Source: Stellaceae bacterium
GTDB taxonomy: Bacteria; Pseudomonadota; Alphaproteobacteria; ATCC43930; CGMCC-115725
Direction of reading: 5' to 3'
Length of the DNA: 64,000 bases
NCBI GenBank assembly: GCA_035252905.1
Contig: DATFCQ010000051.1
Coordinates: 317 to 64,316, forward strand
The position numbers were made by a program, and so were the translations under genes. The notes below the pieces were generated by a model. That model did not search any database, was not told the origin of the DNA, and worked only from the letters and a program-made list of their open reading frames with translations. Within the stretch, counting starts at the first letter, position 1. Every line of letters starts with the position of its first letter. This document shows, in pieces, positions 17,312 to 26,606 of the stretch.

Positions 17312-19924
17312 TCAGATCACGCCCTCCTCGGCTAGCTGCTCCACTTCGCGCGGCGAGCGGCCGAGCAATTCGGTGAGCACCCACAGATTGTCCTCGCCGT
17401 AGCAGGGGGCGCCGCGATTGGTCGGGCCGCCGATATAGGCGGGCGTGGCGCTGAACTTGATCGGCAGTTCATAGATCGGCCAGGTGCCGATCTTGGTGCC
17501 GGTAACTTCGGTCAGCCACTTCAGATGGCGCAATTGCGGATCGGTGTCGCAGCGGTCCTCGGCGTTCTGGCACACCCCGGCCGGCACGCCGGCGCGCTGC
17601 AGTTTGATCATGCAGTCATAGCGGTCCTGCGTGCGGGTCCAGGCTTCCACCGCAGTGTCGAGCGCGTCCTGATGCAACAGCCGGCGCTCCAATGTGTCGA
17701 AGCGCCGGTCGTCGAGCCAGGCGCCCTGCTCCGACACCTGCGCCAGGGCGCGCCACTCGGCGTCGGTGAAGCAGGCGATGGCGATCCAGCGGTCCAGGCC
17801 CTTGCAGCGATAGGCGCCGTGCGGCGCTGCCGGCTTGTAGGGCGAGCGGTTGCCGTAGCGGCGCCATGCGCGCCCGTTGGCCGACCAGTCGAGGATCGTC
17901 GCGCCGGTCAGGAAGATGCCCGCCTCGCATTGCGAGGCGTCGATCCACTGGCCCTCGCCGGTGCGCTCGCGGTGATAGATCGCACCGAGCAAGGCCAGCG
18001 CGTAACCGTAGGCGCCCATCCAGTCGAGATAGGAATAGCCCCACCCGACCGGCATCGCCGGCTCGGGCAGGCCCGACATGTCGCCCTGCCCGGCAAAGGC
18101 CGCGGCGACCGGGCCGACGGTGCGCATCCGCCCGTAGGTGCCGTGCGCCCCCATCCCGGATTGCTGGATGTAGATGATGTCCGGCCGGATGCGCTTCATT
18201 ACGTCGTAGCCGAGCCCGAGGCGCTGCAATACCCCCGGCGAGAACCCCTCGGCGACGACGTCGCAGACGCGCACGAGGTCCTTGGCAATCTCCAATCCCT
18301 TGGGGTGGCGGATGTTCAGCGAGAGGCCGCGCTTGCCGGCATTCTTGTTGTTGAACTGCCCGCCCATATCGGAGTCGCGGACGGGAGGCAAGGGGCCGGT
18401 CGCCCTGTCGCGCGCCGCGCGGCCGCCGACCGGCGCCATCGCCGCCAGCCGCGTGTCGGGATTGTCCTTCCATTCCACCTTGAAGCTTTCCGCCCCCATC
18501 GCGGCAAGAAAGCGGGTGCCGCCGGCGGAGGCGAGAAACCACGCAAAATCGAGGATTTTGATCCCTTGCAGCGGGAACGGCTTGTTATGGAGCGCCGAGA
18601 GCCTCGGGTTCGCGACGGCGCGCGGCGCGGCCGGGACAGAGGGGCGCCGCGCCGCTTCGCCCAGCACGGCCTCCGTGTCTTCGCCCAACAGCGGCGCGCG
18701 CCGCCCGACCTGCCAGCTAGTTTTATTGCTCAGCCATTTGCTGGTCGGGTAGCGAAAATTGCGGCCGTGTTCGGGATGGGGCACGTCGGCAAAGGTCTTG
18801 CGCGTCAGCCAGTGCTCGTCCTGCGCATTCTCGTGCGGCTTGCGCAATGGCGCCCACAGGAGCCCGGCATTCTGCGCCTCGCGCCACGGCATGTCGGCAT
18901 AGGTCCAGGCGCGGATGAAGCGCTGCACCACATCCAGCATGTGCGCCCGCGTCTCGTCGCCGGCGGCCGATCCGGGCACCTGGCGCGCCCGCAGATCGAC
19001 CTCCGGGGCAGGCGGCTGCAGATCGGCCTGCATGCCGTATTGCGAGAGCAGCGGCACCAGGTTTTTCAGGTCGCGCGCCCCCATGCCGTGCGAGATGAAC
19101 CAGCGCCCGTCCTTGGTATGGCTGATGCTGGGCGAATGGTTGGGCGTTTCTGCGGCATGGCGGTTGGTCAGCCGCCATAAGGGCACGCGCCGCATCACCC
19201 AATGCATGATGTCGAGTTCGGGGTTCTTCGCCACCGCCTCGTGGATTGCGACCGACACGTCCTGGCCGCGGCCGCTCCTGTGCCGGTGGATCAATGCGGC
19301 GACGATCCCGGTCGCCAACTGCTCGCCGGCAATGTGGTAGGCGTGCCAGATTTGCGGCGCGATCGGCGGCGTGTCGTAGGCGAGGTTCGGGTCCGGATCA
19401 TAGCCGCAATTCATCATCACCCCGCCGAGCGCGAGATGGACGAGATCGCAGCCCTTGAAATCCTGCCACGGCCCGTCATCGCCGAACGGCGTCATGCGCG
19501 CGATCACCAGTTGCGGAAAGCGCGCGCCGAGCGCGGCGCGGTCGAGCTCCAGGGCGGTGTAGAGCGCCCCGCAACTCGCATCCAGGAGGATGTCGGCGCC
19601 CGCCAACAGGTTCAGCAGATGCGCGCGCCCGGGGGGCTCGCGCAAATCGAGCACGACGGATTTCTTGTTGCGGTTGTAGGTCCAGAAGAACAGCGAGCGC
19701 TCCGGCCCCGGCCGGTCCTCCAGGAACGGGCCGATCCGCCGCGTTGCATTGCCTTCCGGCGGCTCGATCTTGACCACCTCGGCGCCGAGGCCGGCGAGCA
19801 GCAGCCCGGTATATTCCGCGCGCTCGTCGGCGATCTCGATCACGCGCAGACCGGCCAATATGCCGGGACCCGCATCGCCCATCATCTCGCCCGGTCCCTG
19901 CGCGGGCGCGCCGGCTCCCGACAT
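17312..19924 (-). CDS. two-domain (fused) family III CoA-transferase (CaiB/BaiF family x2)
   Basis: 870-aa ORF. Residues ~20-430 and ~455-870 are each a complete CaiB/BaiF-like module: LAGLRVIEIADERAEYTGLLLAGLGAEVVKIEPPEG and LQGIKILDFAWFLASAGGTRFLAAMGAESFKVEW. Confidence 0.88.
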   Translation of the reverse strand: MSGAGAPAQGPGEMMGDAGPGILAGLRVIEIADERAEYTGLLLAGLGAEVVKIEPPEGNATRRIGPFLEDRPGPERSLFFWTYNRNKKSVVLDLREPPGRAHLLNLLAGADILLDASCGALYTALELDRAALGARFPQLVIARMTPFGDDGPWQDFKGCDLVHLALGGVMMNCGYDPDPNLAYDTPPIAPQIWHAYHIAGEQLATGIVAALIHRHRSGRGQDVSVAIHEAVAKNPELDIMHWVMRRVPLWRLTNRHAAETPNHSPSISHTKDGRWFISHGMGARDLKNLVPLLSQYGMQADLQPPAPEVDLRARQVPGSAAGDETRAHMLDVVQRFIRAWTYADMPWREAQNAGLLWAPLRKPHENAQDEHWLTRKTFADVPHPEHGRNFRYPTSKWLSNKTSWQVGRRAPLLGEDTEAVLGEAARRPSVPAAPRAVANPRLSALHNKPFPLQGIKILDFAWFLASAGGTRFLAAMGAESFKVEWKDNPDTRLAAMAPVGGRAARDRATGPLPPVRDSDMGGQFNNKNAGKRGLSLNIRHPKGLEIAKDLVRVCDVVAEGFSPGVLQRLGLGYDVMKRIRPDIIYIQQSGMGAHGTYGRMRTVGPVAAAFAGQGDMSGLPEPAMPVGWGYSYLDWMGAYGYALALLGAIYHRERTGEGQWIDASQCEAGIFLTGATILDWSANGRAWRRYGNRSPYKPAAPHGAYRCKGLDRWIAIACFTDAEWRALAQVSEQGAWLDDRRFDTLERRLLHQDALDTAVEAWTRTQDRYDCMIKLQRAGVPAGVCQNAEDRCDTDPQLRHLKWLTEVTGTKIGTWPIYELPIKFSATPAYIGGPTNRGAPCYGEDNLWVLTELLGRSPREVEQLAEEGVI

Positions 19925-20108
19925 GGCGTTCCTTTCCCTCAGAGCTGTGCCGGGGCCTGTCCCGGTCCTCTCCGGCTCGATTGTGCTGGACCCGGCGCGG
20001 TTGTCAACGCGCCGAGGGTCGGCCCGCGCGAAGCCGGTTGCGCCGGCGGCTCGAAGGCGAGATGATGGTTCGAGAACGGCAGCTTTGCACCGACAAGGGG
20101 GAGCGACG

Positions 20109-20855
20109 ATGGCCTATGAAGGCATGATTGCGGAAACCATTTCGATCATCGGCGACAAGAACGAGCCGATCTCGGCCTATGTGGCGCGGCCGTTGGGCCC
20201 GGGCCCCTTCCCCGGCATGGTGCTCTTGCATCATGCGCCCGGCTGGGACGAGTGGTACCGCGAGGCCACCCGTAAATTCGCGCATCACGGCTACGCGGCT
20301 ATCAGCCACAACCTCTATCACCGCGCCGGCGAAGGCAAAGCCGACGACGTCGCCGCCAAGGTGCGCGCCGAGGGCGGCGTCCCCGATGCGCAGGTCATCG
20401 GCGACACCGAAGGCGCGGTCCAATGGCTGCGCGCCCAGCCCTGGCTCAACGGCAAGGTCGGGGTCATCGGCACCTGCTCGGGCGGGCGGCAAACCTTTCT
20501 GTTCGCTTGTCATACCAAGAGCATAGACGCCGCGGCCGATCTGTGGGGTGGCCGCGTCGTGATGAGCCGGGAGGAATTGAACCCGAAGCAGCCGACCCCG
20601 CCGATCGAGTTCACCCGAAACCTGTCCTGCCCGCTCTTGGGTCTGTTCGGCAACGAGGATCGCGCCCCAACGCCGGAGCAGGTCGACCAGCACGAGGCCG
20701 AGCTTAAGAAACACGGCAAGGACTACGAGTTCCACCGCTACGACGGCGCCGGGCACGGCTTCTTCTATTACGACCGGCCGATGTACCGTATCGAGCAGGC
20801 CCTGGACGGCTGGCAGAAGGTGTTCGCGTTCTTCGGCAAGCACCTGAAGGCATAA
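20109..20855 (+). CDS. dienelactone hydrolase family protein
   Basis: Within ORF 19749..20855; ATG 20109. FPGMVLLHHAPGWDEW, the nucleophile elbow GTCSGG and GAGHGF fit the family. Confidence 0.88.
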   Translation: MAYEGMIAETISIIGDKNEPISAYVARPLGPGPFPGMVLLHHAPGWDEWYREATRKFAHHGYAAISHNLYHRAGEGKADDVAAKVRAEGGVPDAQVIGDTEGAVQWLRAQPWLNGKVGVIGTCSGGRQTFLFACHTKSIDAAADLWGGRVVMSREELNPKQPTPPIEFTRNLSCPLLGLFGNEDRAPTPEQVDQHEAELKKHGKDYEFHRYDGAGHGFFYYDRPMYRIEQALDGWQKVFAFFGKHLKA

Positions 20856-20862
20856 CGCCGGC

Positions 20863-21138
20863 ATGTGCACCTCGATTGTCGAGGTCGTCGGCGCAGACGG
20901 CGCCGGCAAGGGCGAGGGCGGGTGGTTCACGCTGACCCACTCGGTGGTGTCCTACGACCACCCGCACCACGCTCTGTTGGAAGAGGCCATCACGATCGAC
21001 TTCGTGAACCCCGCGCTGGGCCCCGGCGCGCGGGTCGCGGTCGAGTTGACCTTGGAAGCGGCCAAGGAATTGAGCGGCGCACTCGCCAAGGCGATCGCCG
21101 CGGCCGAGATTGCGGAAAGCGGGCGATTGCGGGGGTAA
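20863..21138 (+). CDS. small conserved hypothetical protein (DUF6295-like by recollection)
   Basis: 91-aa ORF starting MCTSIVEVVGADGAGKGEGGWFTLTHSVVSYDHPHHA...IDFVNPALGPGARVAVEL. It has good GC3 and starts 8 nt after the hydrolase stop. Confidence 0.55.
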   Translation: MCTSIVEVVGADGAGKGEGGWFTLTHSVVSYDHPHHALLEEAITIDFVNPALGPGARVAVELTLEAAKELSGALAKAIAAAEIAESGRLRG

Positions 21139-21169
21139 CACTCGATCCTTAATCGGAATTTGCGTGGTT

Positions 21170-21256
21170 CACCCCCTCCCGAACCCTCCCCCATCAAGGG
21201 GGAGGGTTTTCTGTTTGCTCTCTCTTCCCCTTGATGGGGGAGAGGCGGGGGTGATG
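21170..21256. repeat. nested palindromic intergenic element (CCCTCCCCC...GGGGGAGGG type)
   Basis: CACCCCCTCCC...CCCTCCCCCATCAAGGGGGAGGG...CTCTCTTCCCCTTGATGGGGGAGAG...GGCGGGGGTG: two internal hairpins inside an outer inverted repeat. Confidence 0.75.
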
Positions 21257-21295
21257 CGGCGCCGCCTGGGCGCCGCATCCGCGGCCTTCCTTCCG

Positions 21296-22774
21296 CTATT
21301 CGGCCGCCGCCGCGTGGACCGGCGGCTGCGCGGCCTTGAGCACCGCGGCGGCTTCCTTCTCTACGACCGTGCCCTCGAAGAAGCGCGGGTTCTGGGTGCC
21401 CCACAACCGCACCGCGTTGGCGAAGACGAAGTCGCGGAAATTGTCCTCGGTGATGTGGCCGTCTTCGACCAGTTCATAGGCCTCGGGCAGCGGATCGCGC
21501 ATGTCGATCACGTCGAAATGGCCGATGTCGGAGCTGTAGATCGCGTTCAACTGGCAGCCGAACGGGTTGCCCTTGCCAAAGGCGACCGCATTCATCCGGT
21601 CGTCCGCCTCGCAGCCGAAATAGTACGGCGTGGCATAGAGGTCGATCCAGTCCTGTTTGCGCGTGATCTTGCACGCGGCAAAGTCGTCGAGATCGTCGAC
21701 CCCGCCGGTCATGTGCAGTTCGGGATCGGGCCAGCCGTCGCGCGCGCGCAGGGCTGCGGCGTGCTCCTGATATCCGTATTTCTCGACAAGGTTCATCAAC
21801 AGGCTGCGGTCGAGCTTGTCGGGGCGCATGTTTTCGAGCGCCTTGGCGTTGCGCCGCTCCCAATGCTCGATCAGGTCGCCGAACAATTGCGACCCCCAGC
21901 CGACGCCGCCTTCGAGGAAGGCGAAGCGCAGTTCCGGGAAGCGCCTTGTGACCCCGCCGAGGAAGATCCCCTTGGCCGCGGCATGGCCGGCATCGGCGAA
22001 ATGGCCGATATGATTGTAGGTGAAGTTGGTCGGCGAATTACGCAAGGCCTGGTTGCTGCCGGTGCTGTGGAAGGTCGGCGCGATGCCGAGCTCGCGGCAC
22101 GTCTCCCACACCGGGTCGTAATCGTAGAGGCTGTCGATGCCGAACACCTCGTACCACACGGCAAGGCGCGCCGTATCCGAGTCGTTGGCCGCCACCGAGG
22201 GGACCCGCCGCGGCATCGCGCTGCCGAACATGCCGACTTTGGAGCCAAGCTCCCGGGTGACGAATTCGAGTTCCGCGATCGCCTCCTCCGGCGTGTGCAT
22301 CGGGATGATCGCGGCCGGCGTCATCCGGTCGCTGAGATCCTTGAAATACCCGGCGGAGACGATGTTGTAGGCGCGGATCACGGCGCGCCGCGTTTCGTCG
22401 TCGGCGATGCGCGGCAGGCGCAACCCGGCGGTCGGGTAGATGATCGCGAAATCGGAGCCGATTTCGTCGAGCCGCTCATAGAGCAGATGCGGCAGCATCG
22501 CCGTGGCGCGGTCGAGGGTGTTTGCAGTCTGCCGGGTCCAGAAGCCCGGCATGGCGACGCGGCGCCGCCGCCGCTCGGCGACGCTCAATTGCAAGGCGTC
22601 GCGCGTCGTCGCCATCGCGGCGAGGAACCCGTCGGCCGCCTTATCGCCGCCGGCCTTGCGCATCTGCTCGCTGAACACCGGATCATACTCGACCCAGTGC
22701 CCGTCGCCGTCGATGACCGGATGCTTGAGTTTCGCGCGAATGTCCGACGGGCGATGGTGGGCGTGGCCGCTCAT
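21296..22774 (-). CDS. amidohydrolase-2 (PF04909-like, ACMSD-type) family protein
   Basis: Within ORF 21296..22828. ATG 22774 is preceded by GGAGGA. MSGHAHHRPSDIRAKLKHPVIDGDGHWVEY carries the metal-binding D-x-H motif. Confidence 0.85.
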   Translation of the reverse strand: MSGHAHHRPSDIRAKLKHPVIDGDGHWVEYDPVFSEQMRKAGGDKAADGFLAAMATTRDALQLSVAERRRRRVAMPGFWTRQTANTLDRATAMLPHLLYERLDEIGSDFAIIYPTAGLRLPRIADDETRRAVIRAYNIVSAGYFKDLSDRMTPAAIIPMHTPEEAIAELEFVTRELGSKVGMFGSAMPRRVPSVAANDSDTARLAVWYEVFGIDSLYDYDPVWETCRELGIAPTFHSTGSNQALRNSPTNFTYNHIGHFADAGHAAAKGIFLGGVTRRFPELRFAFLEGGVGWGSQLFGDLIEHWERRNAKALENMRPDKLDRSLLMNLVEKYGYQEHAAALRARDGWPDPELHMTGGVDDLDDFAACKITRKQDWIDLYATPYYFGCEADDRMNAVAFGKGNPFGCQLNAIYSSDIGHFDVIDMRDPLPEAYELVEDGHITEDNFRDFVFANAVRLWGTQNPRFFEGTVVEKEAAAVLKAAQPPVHAAAAE

Positions 22775-23052
22775 GGGTTCCTCCGCAATGGTGGAAATTC
22801 TGCGCCGCGGCGCAGCGGCAACAGACAAATGATGACCCTATCGACTATAGGGTTATGCCAGCTTGCACCGCCAGCCGGCGCACGACATCCGCTTTATCGG
22901 CATCCTTGACATTCACCGGGCGCAACGGCAGGGATTTTACCTATCCTGGCCGAGAGCCTCTTCGCCGGGCGGCGCCGGCCGACATGGATGTTAGTTGCAT
23001 CGGACGGCGGGGCCGCTATTTTGCGCAGATCGGGACTCTCGGGGGGGCAACA

Positions 23053-23526
23053 ATGAGGGCATCGACGCTTCTGTGCACGCTTGCCGCCCTGCTCGCGCTC
23101 GCCATGGCCGGCGCGAGCGCTGCGCCGGCAGACAAGCAGCAGGTTCTGAAAGAACGCCAGGCGCTGATGAAGAAGCAGGCGGACGACCTTCGCGCCGTCA
23201 AGGACTATCTCGACGGCAAGCTCGATCATGCCAAGGCCACCGCTGCGGCGGCCGATCTGACCCGGACGATGGGCGAGATCCCCGAGGTGTTCCCGCCGGA
23301 TACAGCGGGGCCCAGCCCCGACGGCAAGTACGCCGCAAAGCCGGCGATCTGGGCGGATTGGAAGGGTTTCCTTGCGCATCGCAACACTGCCGCGGCGAAG
23401 GTCGACACATTGGCCGCGGCGCTCAAGAGCGATGACAAGACAAGGATAAAGACCGCCTTTGCCGATCTCGGGAAGAATGGCTGCGGCGCTTGTCACGGCA
23501 AATTCCGCGAAAAACTCGAAAAGTAA
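23053..23526 (+). CDS. cytochrome c' / class II c-type cytochrome (four-helix bundle)
   Basis: Within ORF 22855..23526. ATG 23053 gives signal peptide MRASTLLCTLAALLALAMAGASA. There is a single C-terminal haem motif CGACHGKFR. Confidence 0.8.
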   Translation: MRASTLLCTLAALLALAMAGASAAPADKQQVLKERQALMKKQADDLRAVKDYLDGKLDHAKATAAAADLTRTMGEIPEVFPPDTAGPSPDGKYAAKPAIWADWKGFLAHRNTAAAKVDTLAAALKSDDKTRIKTAFADLGKNGCGACHGKFREKLEK

Positions 23527-24401
23527 GCACGGCCGTCGCCGCCTGCCTGCTGCTGGCCGTCGCCCATATGGCCATTGGGGCGGCTGTTGCCGCCGAGGAC
23601 GAAGCGATCGCGCGCGGCGCCTATCTGGCCAATGCCGCCGATTGCGTCACCTGTCACACCGATGAGGAGCACCACGGCCGGCCTTACGCCGGCGGCCGCG
23701 CGATCCCGACCCCGTTCGGCACCTTCTACAGCCCGAACCTCACCCCCGACCGGGAGACCGGCATCGGCCGCTGGAGCGACGCGCAATTCCTGCGCGCCTT
23801 GCACGACGGAGTCCGCCCCGACGGCAGCAATCTGTACCCGGCATTCCCGTATACGAGCTTCACGAAGATCACCGACGCCGACGCGCTGGCGATCAAGGCC
23901 TATCTCTTCTCGCTGCCGGCGGTACGGCACAAGAACCGGCCGCCCGCTCTCCCCTTTCCGCTCTCCTGGCGCTGGCTGGTGACCCCCTGGAAGTGGCTGT
24001 TCTTCACGCCGGGACGCTTCCGCCCGGCGCCGGGGCGCAGCGCCCAGTGGAACCGCGGCGCCTACCTCGTCACCGCGCTCGCCCATTGCGGCGAGTGCCA
24101 TACCCCGCGCAATTTTTTGGGAGCGATGGAACAGAGCCGGTTTCTCGCCGGCACCTCGTCGGGGCCGGACGGCAAGGCGGTTCCGAACATCACACCAGAC
24201 CGCAAGACCGGCATCGGGAAATGGAGTCTCGACGACATCGTCACACTGCTCTCGACCGGCCAGACCCCCGATTTCGACTTCGTCGGCGGCGCCATGGCCG
24301 AGGTCATAAAGAGCACCTCGCGATTGACCGCCGAGGATCGCCGCGCGATCGCCGTCTTCCTCAAATCCGTGCCGCCCGTCGCGACGCCGGGGAAGAAATA
24401 G
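23490..24401 (+). CDS. dihaem c-type cytochrome (dehydrogenase cytochrome-subunit-like)
   Basis: 303-aa ORF with two CxxCH motifs (CVTCH, CGECH). The TTG start at 23490 gives a plausible signal peptide (RKTRKVSTAVAACLLLAV...AVA/AEDE) and overlaps the upstream gene by 37 nt. The internal ATG would lack a signal peptide. Confidence 0.8.
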   Translation: MSRQIPRKTRKVSTAVAACLLLAVAHMAIGAAVAAEDEAIARGAYLANAADCVTCHTDEEHHGRPYAGGRAIPTPFGTFYSPNLTPDRETGIGRWSDAQFLRALHDGVRPDGSNLYPAFPYTSFTKITDADALAIKAYLFSLPAVRHKNRPPALPFPLSWRWLVTPWKWLFFTPGRFRPAPGRSAQWNRGAYLVTALAHCGECHTPRNFLGAMEQSRFLAGTSSGPDGKAVPNITPDRKTGIGKWSLDDIVTLLSTGQTPDFDFVGGAMAEVIKSTSRLTAEDRRAIAVFLKSVPPVATPGKK

Positions 24402-24650
24402 CCGCAATCAGACACCGCCCCCAAGCGCCACCGCGGCGAATGACTTCACCGTTCATGTCGACGACTTGGCATCGGGCGTTGATGCGCAATCCGGCGCGGG
24501 TATCGCGCACGACGACCATCATGTTGACGAGGATCACACCCTGCCAGTTCGCCATCTTGAGGCCGGTGGCGCTGGCGCGCTCGAAGACCGGGCTGCCGGA
24601 CATCTATTGCAGATTGCGGTCATTGTATTGGCCGATGACGGGCACCGCAG

Positions 24651-24719
24651 CCCCTCACCCTCCCGCTTCGCGGGTCCCTCCCTCTCCCCGCGCGCGGGGA
24701 GAGGGCCGGGGTGAGGGGC
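24651..24719. repeat. nested palindromic intergenic element (CCCCTCACCC...GGGGTGAGGGG)
   Basis: CCCCTCACCCTCCCGCTTCGCGGGTCCCTCCCTCTCCCCGCGCGCGGGGAGAGGGCCGGGGTGAGGGG: an inner perfect hairpin CCCTCTCCCCGCGCGCGGGGAGAGGG inside an outer inverted repeat. Confidence 0.75.
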
Positions 24720-24781
24720 GATTCTGGCCCGGCGCGGAGGCGGTCTATAGGCAGCGCTTCATGTCTGATCTGCCCGGCCGG

Positions 24782-26278
24782 CTACTCCGGCCGCGCGCCG
24801 TAGCGGTGGACATGATAGGGCGTGCGGGCGAGACCCGGACAATAGCTACCGACCACCGGTTCGAGGGCCTCGTAGAGCCGGCGGTTGTCGGCATTGGCGG
24901 CGGCGAGCCGCTCGCGCGCCGCCGCGACCCGGTCGCGCAGGCGGTCGAGATCGACGGTCAGGACGCGGCGGTTTTCAACCACGAGGCGCCCCCCGATCAT
25001 CACGCTGTGCACCGCGTTTCCGTCCTCGCTGTGCACGAACTGGTTGACCGGGTCGTTGAGCGGCAGCCAGTTCGGGTGGTCGAGATCGAGGAGGACGAGA
25101 TCGGCCTTGTAGCCGGGCGCGATGCGGCCGATGCGGTCGCCAAAGCCGAGCGCCCGGGCGCTGCCCTCGGTCGCCGCCAGGGCCGCCTCGCGCGTCGTCA
25201 GCCAGCGCCGCCATTCCGGCCCCTGCACCTTCGAGACAAAGGAAGCGAGCCGCATCGCCTCGTACATGTTCTGATTGTCGGAACAGTTCGCTCCGTCGGT
25301 GCCGATGCCGAGATTGACATGATGGTCGAGCATTGCGCGCGCATCGGCGAGACCGGCGCCGAGCCGCATGTTGCTGCCGGGGTTGTGCGCGATCGAGGCG
25401 CCGCGATCGCCGAGCCGGGCCATGTCGTCGTCATCGAGCCAGACGCCGTGGGCGACCGTGAAATCGGGCCCGAGCACGCCGAGGTCGTCGAGATGCGCGG
25501 TCAGGCTCTTGCCGTAGAGCCGCATCCCGGCGATCGCCTGCACCTTGGATTCGGCGACATGACTGTGCAGGCCGAGGCCGAACTCGCGCGCCAAGGCGGC
25601 GCAGCCGCGGATGAACGCGTCCGAGCAATGGTGCGGGATCGTCGGCGCCACCGCCGGGCGCACCCGGTCGCGATCGAACGACCCGTGTTGGAGCGCCGCG
25701 CGCACCGCTTGCAGGGTCGCTTCGCCCGGCGGCAGGCGCAGCCCCGCAACCCGCGCACGCAAGGTCTCGGGCAGTGCCTCGGAAAGCCCGGGGATCGCCT
25801 CGAAAAAACTGCGGTCGGCGATCATCGGGGCGATCACCGCGCACATGCCGATTTCCGCATAGGCCGAGGCAACCAACGAAAGGCCGTCGCGGCTCGGCAA
25901 CGGCCATTCGACAAACAGATCGTAGCAGGCGGTGCAGCCCTTCAGGACCATCTCGACCGCGCCGAGCTGGGCGGTCAGGTGGAGATCCTCGGGGCCGCGA
26001 TGGCCGGTCAGCCAAGGCGCCGCGGTCAACAATAATTCGAGGGTCCAGCGGTCGCCCATGCCCTTGGCGAGATTGCCGTGGGCATGGGTGTGCGCGTTGA
26101 CGAGGCCGGGATGGACCAGTTTGCGCTCGGCCGCAATCACGGCCGCGCCTTCCGGCGCCGGAGAGCCCGGCGGGCCGATCTCGCGGATCGCGTCATCCTC
26201 GATCAGGATGTCGGCCGGATCGGCGGTGCCGGCGGCGATGTCGAGCACGCGGCCGCCGCGCAGGATCGTATAAGCCAT
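24782..26278 (-). CDS. amidohydrolase family protein (aminohydrolase/deaminase-like)
   Basis: Within ORF 24782..26308. ATG 26278 has GGGAG upstream. MAYTILRGGRVLD...PGLVNAHTHAHGNL, and later HSHVAES. Confidence 0.85.
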   Translation of the reverse strand: MAYTILRGGRVLDIAAGTADPADILIEDDAIREIGPPGSPAPEGAAVIAAERKLVHPGLVNAHTHAHGNLAKGMGDRWTLELLLTAAPWLTGHRGPEDLHLTAQLGAVEMVLKGCTACYDLFVEWPLPSRDGLSLVASAYAEIGMCAVIAPMIADRSFFEAIPGLSEALPETLRARVAGLRLPPGEATLQAVRAALQHGSFDRDRVRPAVAPTIPHHCSDAFIRGCAALAREFGLGLHSHVAESKVQAIAGMRLYGKSLTAHLDDLGVLGPDFTVAHGVWLDDDDMARLGDRGASIAHNPGSNMRLGAGLADARAMLDHHVNLGIGTDGANCSDNQNMYEAMRLASFVSKVQGPEWRRWLTTREAALAATEGSARALGFGDRIGRIAPGYKADLVLLDLDHPNWLPLNDPVNQFVHSEDGNAVHSVMIGGRLVVENRRVLTVDLDRLRDRVAAARERLAAANADNRRLYEALEPVVGSYCPGLARTPYHVHRYGARPE

Positions 26279-26423
26279 CGGATCGCTCCCTCGGCGCGTT
26301 CGCCGCAAGACAGTAGAGCAATGGGCCGCCGCCCGTCACCCGGCGCGGCAATGCAAGGCTGTTGCACTTTCGATCCGGCGGTCGAGAATGGGCTCGGCGG
26401 CCCGACGGGAGGATCAGATCATC

Positions 26424-26606
26424 ATGGACAAAGCGACCCTGGAACTGCTGGCGCGGCGCGCCGGATTGGACAAGGCGCTGAGAGAATTTCCCGACGATGT
26501 TGCCGCCGCCGCCGAACAGGCGAGCGGCGCCGTCGCGCGGATCAAGGCGCCGAGCGATCCGCGCGCCGAGCCGTGGCCGCCGATGCGCGCCGGGAGGAGC
26601 CTGTGA
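26424..26606 (+). CDS. GatC/AtzG-like small protein (probable amidase partner subunit)
   Basis: Within ORF 26388..26606. ATG 26424 has GGGAGGA upstream. MDKATLELLARRAGLDK...AAAAEQASGAV...AEP is a GatC-like helical pattern. The stop overlaps the amidase GTG start (GTGA). Confidence 0.6.
   Translation: MDKATLELLARRAGLDKALREFPDDVAAAAEQASGAVARIKAPSDPRAEPWPPMRAGRSL

Noticed and set aside
24361-24603. 80-aa minus-strand ORF (MSGSPVFERASATGLKMANWQGVILVNMMVVVRDTRAGLRINARCQVVDMNGEV...) whose first ~40 codons have a convincingly coding-like GC3 pattern
   Set aside because: There is no Shine-Dalgarno and a TAG stop lies immediately upstream. GC3 decays in the second half, the 3' end overlaps the cytochrome gene, and I recognise no family. 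It may be a gene remnant or a small protein, but I cannot support it as a feature. BLASTX would decide.
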